NCBI GenBank assembly: GCA_963534765.1
Contig: CAUSUG010000001.1
Location: forward strand, 1-45,204
Direction of reading: 5' to 3'
DNA length: 45,204 nt
DNA from: an uncultured Oribacterium sp.
GTDB taxonomy: Bacteria; Bacillota; Clostridia; Lachnospirales; Lachnospiraceae
In this document: positions 17,634-25,045 of the stretch, one piece after another
Numbering within the stretch: the stretch's first letter is position 1
How the letters are laid out: every line of letters starts with the position of its first letter
The notes under the pieces: generated by a model
Told to the model about the DNA's origin: nothing
Seen by the model: only the letters and a program-made list of their open reading frames with translations
Database searches by the model: none
Made by a program: the position numbers and the translations under genes

Positions 17634-17636
17634 AGA

Positions 17637-17851
17637 AAATAGGATGTGAAGTAAGGATTTCACATTGCTTTCCGACAAAACAGCTTCGCTTGGGGGCACG
17701 CTCTCGCTAACTTCGCCTACGCAGGGGTACTAAGCGAAAAACTTCCTTCCAGTCGTTTTTCGCAAGTGCCCGCGGGCTCAGATTGCCCCTGCATCGAAGC
17801 TATTTTGCATGAAAGCAAGGTCTATAATACCTTTTGCTTCACATCCTATTT
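17637..17851. mobile_element. 215-bp palindromic non-coding element, MITE/REP-like (non-autonomous, putative)
   Basis: Perfect 15-bp terminal inverted repeat AAATAGGATGTGAAG / CTTCACATCCTATTT with nested internal stems; no ORF; single copy in the window. Confidence 0.55.
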
Positions 17852-17893
17852 ATTATTTTCGTAAGGTAATGGGACAAGGAAAAGCAATTCCTG

Positions 17894-18901
17894 CTATTGC
17901 ACCGCACAGAGAATATCGTTGTTGATGGTGGTGTAGAACTCCTTCTTTAGGCCGGGATAGTCCCCTTTGTACTTGGCCATCAGGTACATTAACTTGGTAA
18001 TGGTGGCTTCCAAGGTCATATCATAGGCTTCCAAAAGCTGGAAGTCTTTTTTGATTTTCTGTCCCACCTGATAAATCTCCATATTGGAGCCTTCGTTTAC
18101 CACCTGGGTGGCCATAACAATGATTTTTCCCTTTTTCTGCCACTTCTCCATTTCCTTGTAAAAGACTTCCTGCATGCTTTCCGGAATACCGCCTACGCCG
18201 AAGCTTTCCATGACAATGCAATCATAATTTTCAAAAAGATAGGAAAGCATTTCCGGTCTGGTTCCGGGAATCAGCTTTAGGACGCAGATGGAATCATCCA
18301 AATCCAGATGGAATTCCACTGCCTCTCTCAGGGGCAGATAGGGAATATATCGAATGATTCTACCGTCTTGCATCCTGGCCAAGGTTGGGAAATTCACACT
18401 TTGAAAGGCATGGAAGGAACGAGCCATCATTTTCTTCGCTCTGGTACCGGAAATCACATTGCCGTTAAAGAGAAGAACCACATTTTCCGAATAAGGATCA
18501 CAGGCGTAGCGCACGCTGTCCAGAAGATTCATCTTAGCATCGGTACTGTCCTGATTAATGGGCTTTTGTGATCCGGTAATGACAATGGGCTTTCTGGAAT
18601 ACTGTACCATATAGCTTAGCGCCGCCGAGGTGTAGGCCATAGTATCCGTGCCATGTAAAACCACAAAACCGTCATAACGGTCATAGTTTTTTTGAATACA
18701 AGCCCCCATTTCCCGCCAAATCTTAGGTTGCATATTGGTGGAATCCACATTGCAAAGCTGAACAATGGAAAGCTCGGCAATCTTCTGTAGTTCCGGCACA
18801 AAGGCAATGATTTCCTCTGCACTAAGGGAAGGACTCAGTCCATCCTCTGTTTGCTTGGAAGCAATCGTTCCTCCTGTGGCAATTAGCAATACCTTTTTCA
18901 C
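17894..18901 (-). CDS. ansA: L-asparaginase, type I (cytoplasmic)
   Basis: ATGGTIA, NVDSTNM, HGTDTMAY, TGSQKP; GTG start; no signal peptide. Confidence 0.93.
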   Translation of the reverse strand: MKKVLLIATGGTIASKQTEDGLSPSLSAEEIIAFVPELQKIAELSIVQLCNVDSTNMQPKIWREMGACIQKNYDRYDGFVVLHGTDTMAYTSAALSYMVQYSRKPIVITGSQKPINQDSTDAKMNLLDSVRYACDPYSENVVLLFNGNVISGTRAKKMMARSFHAFQSVNFPTLARMQDGRIIRYIPYLPLREAVEFHLDLDDSICVLKLIPGTRPEMLSYLFENYDCIVMESFGVGGIPESMQEVFYKEMEKWQKKGKIIVMATQVVNEGSNMEIYQVGQKIKKDFQLLEAYDMTLEATITKLMYLMAKYKGDYPGLKKEFYTTINNDILCAVQ

Positions 18902-19010
18902 CCGTTTCTCCTTCCGTGTAAAATCTACTTCTGCTCTATAAATCTATTTTACTTCCCTGTTTTTATAAATCCATTTTTTGGTTCTGTTCCTTGAATTATT
19001 CTTTTAGGAT

Positions 19011-20012
19011 TCAAATGTTTAGCTTTCCTTCTTTAAAAGTCCGCATCATCTCATTGGTTAAGCTGAAATCATTTCCCTGGAGCTCCAGCTCCTCCCGACT
19101 GAGCCACAGCGCTTCGGAAAGCTCCTCCTCATCTCGAATAATCTGAACCTCACCCGTTTTCGTAAAAGTAGCCTTTTCCTCATCCACTTTGGCAAAATAT
19201 CCTAAGAGCAAGTCATCCGCCATTCCCCAGGGCTGGGATTTATAATACTTTAGCTCCTTAATGGGAACACCGGTTTCTTCCATAGCCTCCCGAATCGCCG
19301 CTTCCTCCCCAGTCTCCCCAATCTCGATAAAGCCTGCCACAAGGGCGGGTAAGTAGCTTAGTCTGTTGGCGTATCTTGTACAAAGGATTTTCTCCTTATG
19401 AATGATTCCCACAATAACCGCCGGCATAATCTTCGGATAGAAGACCTCCTGACAGTTGGGGCAACGCATTGCCCGTTCTCTTTGGTCCTTCTCCGTCTTT
19501 GTACCGCAGACACCACAATAACAGTGCTTTTGGTAAAAATGAAAGAGATGCATGCCAGTGTTGGCTAAAAAGAGCAGTGACTTTGGTCCCTTAAACTCCC
19601 GACGCAACTCTTCCAAGGAAAGATATTCTCCGAATTCCACAATATCTTTCAGCAGATAATAGTCCTGCCCGTCCAAAGAAAAAAGATAGGTAAAGGACTT
19701 TCTCCATTCATTTCCCATGGCCTGCTGCTCTCCCTTTCGGGATAAAGCATTTTCCTGTACTTCCTCTTTTTCCTTGGGAAAAGAAGCTAAATACTCTTTA
19801 ATTTTATAAAAGGAAAAGCCCTCTCCCTCCGGACATCTTAGGCTTAAACCATCTCCGCTCATGATAGCATCTGAAGGATCCACCTTTTTTCCGGACTCTC
19901 TTTTTACCAAAACCGACTTTCCCGAAAAGGAAAGGAAAAAATCCTCCTTTCCGGGCTTTTTTTCCGGATGATATTGATTTTGAAAATGATGTTGTCCCAG
20001 GTCTTGAATCAT
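19011..20012 (-). CDS. nudC: NAD(H) diphosphatase NudC
   Basis: Zn ribbon CGVC...CPNC, Nudix box AGFIEIGETGEEAAIREAMEETG, SQPW motif. Confidence 0.9.
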   Translation of the reverse strand: MIQDLGQHHFQNQYHPEKKPGKEDFFLSFSGKSVLVKRESGKKVDPSDAIMSGDGLSLRCPEGEGFSFYKIKEYLASFPKEKEEVQENALSRKGEQQAMGNEWRKSFTYLFSLDGQDYYLLKDIVEFGEYLSLEELRREFKGPKSLLFLANTGMHLFHFYQKHCYCGVCGTKTEKDQRERAMRCPNCQEVFYPKIMPAVIVGIIHKEKILCTRYANRLSYLPALVAGFIEIGETGEEAAIREAMEETGVPIKELKYYKSQPWGMADDLLLGYFAKVDEEKATFTKTGEVQIIRDEEELSEALWLSREELELQGNDFSLTNEMMRTFKEGKLNI

Positions 20013-20061
20013 CTGGTCTTATCCTTTCTTACGCTATTGTCTGATTGAAAACGATTTCATG

Positions 20062-20937
20062 CTATTGTTTAGGATGCTCTTCCAAAAATTTTAGGTAAAT
20101 CAAATCTTCAGGCACTGTAATCTTTTGGTTCTGCTCTTCTCCTAAAACCAGATAGGGCTGTTCCTGCGTAAAGGCTTCCACCATCATGGCGTCATCCGTA
20201 ATGCTTAGCCCCTCCTCTTTCTTCTCTAAGAAAGTTTTATAGGCTTCCCAAAGTAAGGTAAAGGAAAAGGCTTGAGGAGTCTGAATCCGATAAAGGCTGC
20301 TTCTGTCCACGCTTTCCTGCACAATGCCCTTCTCCACTCGCTTTATGGTATCTGTCACCGGAAGCCCCGGAATCACTGCCCCATAGGACTTTCTTGCCTG
20401 ATAGATTCTTTCACATAAGTCTAAACTAAAGCAGGGCCGTGCCCCGTCATGGATAAAAAGAGAGAGCTCGTTTTGAAGATTTTTGCTTTCTCCATGCTTT
20501 ATCTCCTGCTCTTTTTTATGCTCTTTTTTATGCTTTTCTCTATTCGATTCCCTATTTTTCAAAAATTCCAAGGCGGAGTAAACAGACCAGTAGCGTTCTG
20601 CCCCTCCCTCAATCAGGGAAACTACTATGCCTTCCTGTGTAAGCGGAGAAAATGAAGCAGCGAGCTCCTCTTTACATTGTGCGGATTCTCCTTCTAAGAA
20701 CCGAAGCCCCAGATCTTCCCGCCATTGCTTAAGTTCCCCCTCCACTCTTTCCTTATCTTCCTTGGAAAGAATCAAGAGGATTTCTTTGCACCGATCCCAG
20801 CTGCAAAACTTTTGCAGGGCAGAATAATACAAGGGCTTTCCCTGAAAGGGCAGAAACTGCTTTTTTTCCTTGCATCCCATACGGCTGCCTTTTCCGGCCA
20901 TCAGAAGGATGACGGTAATTTCTCTTTGATTAGGCAT
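20062..20937 (-). CDS. ispD: IspD/TarI family cytidylyltransferase (MEP cytidylyltransferase) with loop insertions
   Basis: AGKGSRMG, GGAER, IHDGARP, QTPQAF, TDDAMMVE, KITVPED. Confidence 0.85.
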   Translation of the reverse strand: MPNQREITVILLMAGKGSRMGCKEKKQFLPFQGKPLYYSALQKFCSWDRCKEILLILSKEDKERVEGELKQWREDLGLRFLEGESAQCKEELAASFSPLTQEGIVVSLIEGGAERYWSVYSALEFLKNRESNREKHKKEHKKEQEIKHGESKNLQNELSLFIHDGARPCFSLDLCERIYQARKSYGAVIPGLPVTDTIKRVEKGIVQESVDRSSLYRIQTPQAFSFTLLWEAYKTFLEKKEEGLSITDDAMMVEAFTQEQPYLVLGEEQNQKITVPEDLIYLKFLEEHPKQ

Positions 20938-20977
20938 TCTTCCCTCCCATATTCCTTTCCATTCCGCTTCAAAGTTT

Positions 20978-21006
20978 TTCTATGCTGCGTTCTTCTATGC
21001 TGCGTT
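20978..21006. repeat. 14-bp direct repeat (15-bp period) between ispD and tsaD
   Basis: TTCTATGCTGCGTT at 20978-20991 and 20993-21006. Confidence 0.75.
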
Positions 21007-21015
21007 TTTTACACC

Positions 21016-22032
21016 CTAGCCTTCCGTTAAAGCCAAAGAAGGATAAGCATTCAAAGAAGCCTCTCCTCGTTTTCCAGCCTGATAATCATAATAGGCTGCT
21101 GCCGCAATCATTGCCGCATTGTCCGTGCACAGTACAGGGCTTGGGCAGTAAAAGCTCAAACCGTGAGCCTTCGCCTTCTCCTCCATCTTCTTTCGAAGAC
21201 AGCCGTTTGCGGAGACACCTCCCGCCACAGCCATTTTGGATACCCCTAAATCCAGAGCAAGCTGTAGGCATTTTTCCGCCAAGTCCTCACAGACTCCCTC
21301 CTGAAAAGAGGCACAAAGGTCTGCCACCCTTATTTCTTCTCCCAACATTTTCTTATGGTTTAACTCATTTAACACCGCAGATTTCACACCGGAGAAGCTA
21401 AAGTCATAGGGCGTATCCAGCTTTGCTTTGGGAAAATGATAGGCAAAGGGGTCTCCCTCCTTCGCACTCTGCTCCAGCTTCGGGCCTCCCGGATATCCCA
21501 GTCCCACGGCTCTGGCAATCTTGTCGAAGGCTTCTCCCGCCGCATCATCTCTGGTTCTTCCATAGATTTTGATTTTTCCGTAGTCCTCCACATACAGTAG
21601 ATGACTGTGTCCACCACTGGCCACCAGGCAAACATAGGGAGGAACGCAGTCCTGATGAGCAAGATAATTTGCCGCAATATGCCCTTCAATATGATGTACC
21701 GGAATCAAAGGCTTCTGAATGGCATAGGCCAGAGCCTTGGCTTCGGAGACTCCCACCAAAAGGGAACCTACCAGCCCGGGGCCGTAGGTTACCGCTACCG
21801 CCGTAAGATCGGAAAAGCTTTTCCCCGCCTCTGCCATAGCCAGACGAATCACCTCATCAATCTTTTCCAAATGATTACGGGAAGCAATCTCCGGCACTAC
21901 TCCTCCAAACTCTGCGTGAAGAGCCACCTGAGAGGAAATCACATTGGAAAGCACTTCCTTTCCGTTTTTCACCACTGCCGCTGCGGTTTCATCACAGCTG
22001 CTTTCGATTCCCAGAATCAAAACATCTTTCAT
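21016..22032 (-). CDS. tsaD: tRNA N6-threonylcarbamoyltransferase TsaD
   Basis: [47 protein letters not shown]. Confidence 0.98.
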   Translation of the reverse strand: MKDVLILGIESSCDETAAAVVKNGKEVLSNVISSQVALHAEFGGVVPEIASRNHLEKIDEVIRLAMAEAGKSFSDLTAVAVTYGPGLVGSLLVGVSEAKALAYAIQKPLIPVHHIEGHIAANYLAHQDCVPPYVCLVASGGHSHLLYVEDYGKIKIYGRTRDDAAGEAFDKIARAVGLGYPGGPKLEQSAKEGDPFAYHFPKAKLDTPYDFSFSGVKSAVLNELNHKKMLGEEIRVADLCASFQEGVCEDLAEKCLQLALDLGVSKMAVAGGVSANGCLRKKMEEKAKAHGLSFYCPSPVLCTDNAAMIAAAAYYDYQAGKRGEASLNAYPSLALTEG

Positions 22033-22036
22033 AAAA

Positions 22037-22089
22037 CTGTACTCTTTCTATATTCTTTCAGCACTCTTTCTGTACTTTTCTGTACTTTT
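22037..22089. repeat. Five degenerate 10-11-bp tandem units (CTGTACT(C)TTT) between rnz and tsaD
   Basis: ctgtactcttt ctatattcttt cagcactcttt ctgtactttt ctgtactttt. Confidence 0.75.
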
Positions 22090-22108
22090 CCTTGTTCTTT
22101 CTATACCG

Positions 22109-23020
22109 CTATTCCTCTTCTTCAAAGGAAATGTCCTTACTCCAAGCATCTCTGGCGAATTTCACCGGAAAAATATGGCTGAACTTATCCTTATACTGCT
22201 CCGGATAAACTTCCGAAGGAGAATAGTGGGTAAGCCACATTTCTCTGGGCTGAGCTTCCCGCCCCAAAATCGCTGCCTCTTCCATAGTCATGTGCTTATG
22301 CTTCTTGGCATTGGAGAGTTTATCCTCCTCCCCGTACATTCCTTCACAGATAAACAAATCCACATCCTTCGCCTTTTCGGCTATTCTGGGAATCGGTCTG
22401 GTATCGGTACAATAGACCACGGAAATCCCTCGTCTTGCCTCTCCCATGACCATATCCGGGGTAAAAAGACTGCCCTCATACTCTACCGCTTCTCCATGTT
22501 GCAGACGATTCCAGCAGGAAACCGGAATTCCCGCCTCCCTTGCCCGCTCTACGGAAAATTTTCCGGATCTGGGAATAGTGATTTTATACCCAAAGCACGG
22601 AATACTGTGTTGCACCTTAAAAGCCTCCAGCTGAAAGCTTTCACAGGAAAATCTCTGCTCCTCTTCCTGAATTTCTATATATTCGATGGCAAAGGGCAGT
22701 TCCGGCGCAATGCTCCGCAGCCCATTCACAACCCTGGCCAGTCCCTTGGGACCGATCATGGTCACCGGCTTGCTTCGCTCCGCATTTCCCATGCTGAGAA
22801 GCATTCCGGGAAGTCCGGAAATATGGTCCGCATGGTAGTGGGTAAAGCAGATGGTATCAATGCTATAGGGGCTCCATCCCTTCTCCCGCATGGCAATCTG
22901 AGTTCCCTCTCCACAATCTATCAAGAGACTGGACCCGTTACAGCGTAACATTAAGCTGGTGAGCCAGCGCTTGGGTAGGGGCATCATTCCGCCGGTTCCC
23001 AGTAAACATAATTCTAACAT
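22109..23020 (-). CDS. rnz: Ribonuclease Z
   Basis: LLGTGG..P, IDCGEGTQ, THYHADH (HxHxDH), exosite arm, TDTRP, LTHYSP. Confidence 0.95.
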   Translation of the reverse strand: MLELCLLGTGGMMPLPKRWLTSLMLRCNGSSLLIDCGEGTQIAMREKGWSPYSIDTICFTHYHADHISGLPGMLLSMGNAERSKPVTMIGPKGLARVVNGLRSIAPELPFAIEYIEIQEEEQRFSCESFQLEAFKVQHSIPCFGYKITIPRSGKFSVERAREAGIPVSCWNRLQHGEAVEYEGSLFTPDMVMGEARRGISVVYCTDTRPIPRIAEKAKDVDLFICEGMYGEEDKLSNAKKHKHMTMEEAAILGREAQPREMWLTHYSPSEVYPEQYKDKFSHIFPVKFARDAWSKDISFEEEE

Positions 23021-23023
23021 AAT

Positions 23024-23464
23024 TTATTGTATCGTCCTTTCCATGAGGATGGCATCCTCTTCCGGGTCTCGGTAATATGCCTTTCTTTTGGAAAAGGCCC
23101 GAAATCCCTCTCGTTCATAGATTACCCTGGCAGGGGAATTGCTTTCCCTTACCTCTAAAAATATTTTCTGAATGGCTTCCCGGTCTCCGATAGAGAGAAT
23201 TTCCCGAAGCAGTTGCTTCCCAAAGCCCTTACCTTGATGCTTCTTCTTCACGGCAATGCTCTCCAACTCTCCTTCCACGCCTAAGACTCTCAGAATCGCA
23301 TAGCCCAAGATTTCCTCTTCCTCCGCCAAAACTATGGCTCTATCGTATTTTCCCTCTACAGCACGGAGGAAATCCTGCCTGGAATAAGCCATACTGCCAA
23401 AAAGAGCCTGATCCATCTCCCAAATCTCTTCCACATCCCGTACTTCCATGTACCGAAATAACAT
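23024..23464 (-). CDS. rimI: RimI-like GNAT acetyltransferase
   Basis: IAV...QGKGFG, LEVRESN, RKAYYRDPEEDAILM; lies after tsaB. Confidence 0.9.
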   Translation of the reverse strand: MLFRYMEVRDVEEIWEMDQALFGSMAYSRQDFLRAVEGKYDRAIVLAEEEEILGYAILRVLGVEGELESIAVKKKHQGKGFGKQLLREILSIGDREAIQKIFLEVRESNSPARVIYEREGFRAFSKRKAYYRDPEEDAILMERTIQ

Positions 23465-23556
23465 TTCTCCTCCTTGATTGTAGGCAATGAGTGGTAATTG
23501 CTTTTTCCAAGCAACTTACTTGATTCTTTGGTGGATTCCATTCCACTCAGCCCATT

Positions 23557-24330
23557 TTATTCGTAAATCGGGTAGTTCATCGCAATCAGCTTATCCCTGG
23601 TTTTTCCTAAGTCTTTGTATGCCTCTTCCTGCACAATCTGAAAATCCTTTAAAACCCCTGCTTCCTTTTCTCTTTCCGCCTGAGGCTTCCTTAAATACTC
23701 CAAGTGAAATCCTGCTTCCAAGCCTTCCGCCTTTTTCTTTTCCCCCAGTAAAGCCAGGGAAGCAGCCCTTTGCAGGGCGTTCTGGGGATTGGGGAAAAGG
23801 CAGCGTTCCTTTCCCAGGCTCTCTTCAATCTGCTTTCTATAGGGGAAAATGCCGTCCCCCAAGAAAATCTGCTGCCCTTCCTGTTCTTTTGCAAAGGCAA
23901 GAAGCTCCTCAATACTCACCGCCCTTTCGGGAGAAATGCACTGCCCTAAGCGATAGGATGCGGTATACACCTGCCCTCTTCTGGCATCCAAAAGCACATG
24001 GATGGGATTTGGTAAAAAACTCAGATTTTCCTGCAACATTTCCAAGGTACTGATTCCATATAAAGGAATATTTCCGGCTAAAGCCAGTCCCTTTCCTGTT
24101 GCCGCTCCAATTCTAAGACCGGTAAAGGAGCCCGGACCCTTGCACAGGAAAATCTGATCCACCTCTTCTAAAGAAACCTTGCAATGCTCCAAAAGACTGA
24201 TACAAAGAGGCAGTAAGGTTTCAGAATGGGTGAGTCCGATTTGTAAATCCATCTCTCCTAAAATCTGTCCGTCCTTTACAAGACAAACCCCGGAAACTCG
24301 TCCGGAAGCATCTAATGCTAAGCTTATCAT
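23557..24330 (-). CDS. tsaB: t6A biosynthesis protein TsaB
   Basis: LALDASG, THSETLLP, GPGSFTGLRIG, DARRGQVY, YLRKPQAERE. Confidence 0.96.
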   Translation of the reverse strand: MISLALDASGRVSGVCLVKDGQILGEMDLQIGLTHSETLLPLCISLLEHCKVSLEEVDQIFLCKGPGSFTGLRIGAATGKGLALAGNIPLYGISTLEMLQENLSFLPNPIHVLLDARRGQVYTASYRLGQCISPERAVSIEELLAFAKEQEGQQIFLGDGIFPYRKQIEESLGKERCLFPNPQNALQRAASLALLGEKKKAEGLEAGFHLEYLRKPQAEREKEAGVLKDFQIVQEEAYKDLGKTRDKLIAMNYPIYE

Positions 24331-24353
24331 TTTATATCCTTTTCTTTCATAAA

Positions 24354-24399
24354 TTACTCTATTTCGCAGCTTACTCTATTTCATAGATTGCTCTATTTC
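24354..24399. repeat. 12-bp motif x3 at 17-bp period between tsaE and tsaB
   Basis: TTACTCTATTTC (24354, 24371) and TTGCTCTATTTC (24388). Confidence 0.75.
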
Positions 24400-24449
24400 C
24401 TATTCTCTGTTAAAGAGTTTTTCCACAAACTTTCATAGTTTTTCTTACT

Positions 24450-24884
24450 CTACTTCTCTTCATGGCTGTCTTCCATGCGGATTTTCCGAAAGGAAAATCC
24501 CTGACTTAAATCCTTCTCAATATAAATCCATTTGGCTTCCGGAGGAATATCCTCCCTGACCTGACTGGCCCATTCCATTAAAGCAATGCCCTCCCCGGAA
24601 AGCATGTCCTGAAAGCCGATTTCCCAAAGCTCCTCCGGATCTACGATACGGTAGAGGTCGAAATGATAGAGCTTTTCTCTCCCCTGATATTCCTTCACTA
24701 TGGTAAAGGTAGGGGAATCTACATTTTCCGAAACACCCAGGCCCTTGGCAAAGCCCTTGGCAAAGACGGTCTTTCCTACTCCAAGGTCTCCCTCCAGGCA
24801 ATAAATCTCGCCTTTTTGGGCCTTCCGTCCCAGGCGAAAGGCCAACTGATAGCTTTCTTCCTCACTATTGCTAATCCACTCCAT
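24450..24884 (-). CDS. tsaE: t6A biosynthesis ATPase TsaE
   Basis: GDLGVGKT, SPTFTIVKEY, HFDLYRI, MEW. Confidence 0.97.
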   Translation of the reverse strand: MEWISNSEEESYQLAFRLGRKAQKGEIYCLEGDLGVGKTVFAKGFAKGLGVSENVDSPTFTIVKEYQGREKLYHFDLYRIVDPEELWEIGFQDMLSGEGIALMEWASQVREDIPPEAKWIYIEKDLSQGFSFRKIRMEDSHEEK

Positions 24885-24901
24885 TCCTTGCTCCTATTCA
24901 C

Positions 24902-24938
24902 AAAAAACGCTGGTGCCTTAGACGCCAGCGTTTCTTTT
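24902..24938 (-). terminator. Intrinsic terminator-like hairpin immediately upstream of the tsaE ribosome-binding site
   Basis: - strand AAACGCTGG-CGTCTAAGGCA-CCAGCGTTTTTT; T6 ends 17 nt before the tsaE ATG. Confidence 0.75.
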
Positions 24939-24943
24939 TATTC

Positions 24944-25045
24944 TTACCCGATGGCGTAGGCAAGACCTATGTCATCGAGTTCCATACAAGCGATATTCCC
25001 AAAAAGAAGCTCTCGTTTCTGCTGCGGCTAGCCGACGATATCTCC
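24944..25045 (-). other. Structured intergenic element containing a 13-codon mini-ORF (MELDDIGLAYAIG, 24985-24944): candidate attenuator leader or REP-like repeat
   Basis: 14-bp hairpin 24947-24960/24966-24979 plus a three-stem junction at about 24992-25042; SD for the mini-ORF is weak. Confidence 0.35.

Noticed and set aside
17637..17851. Long hairpin as 6S RNA, T-box or group II intron remnant
   Set aside because: Branched interior with terminal IRs, no evident own promoter, no T-box or domain V motifs; an Rfam search is still advisable
21944..22948. 334-aa + strand ORF, and similar long ORFs at 33398..34168, 21601..22182, 941..1510 and 23487..24053
   Set aside because: Antisense shadows of well-conserved genes (rnz, LCP, tsaD, rsmE, tsaB) with no recognisable motifs
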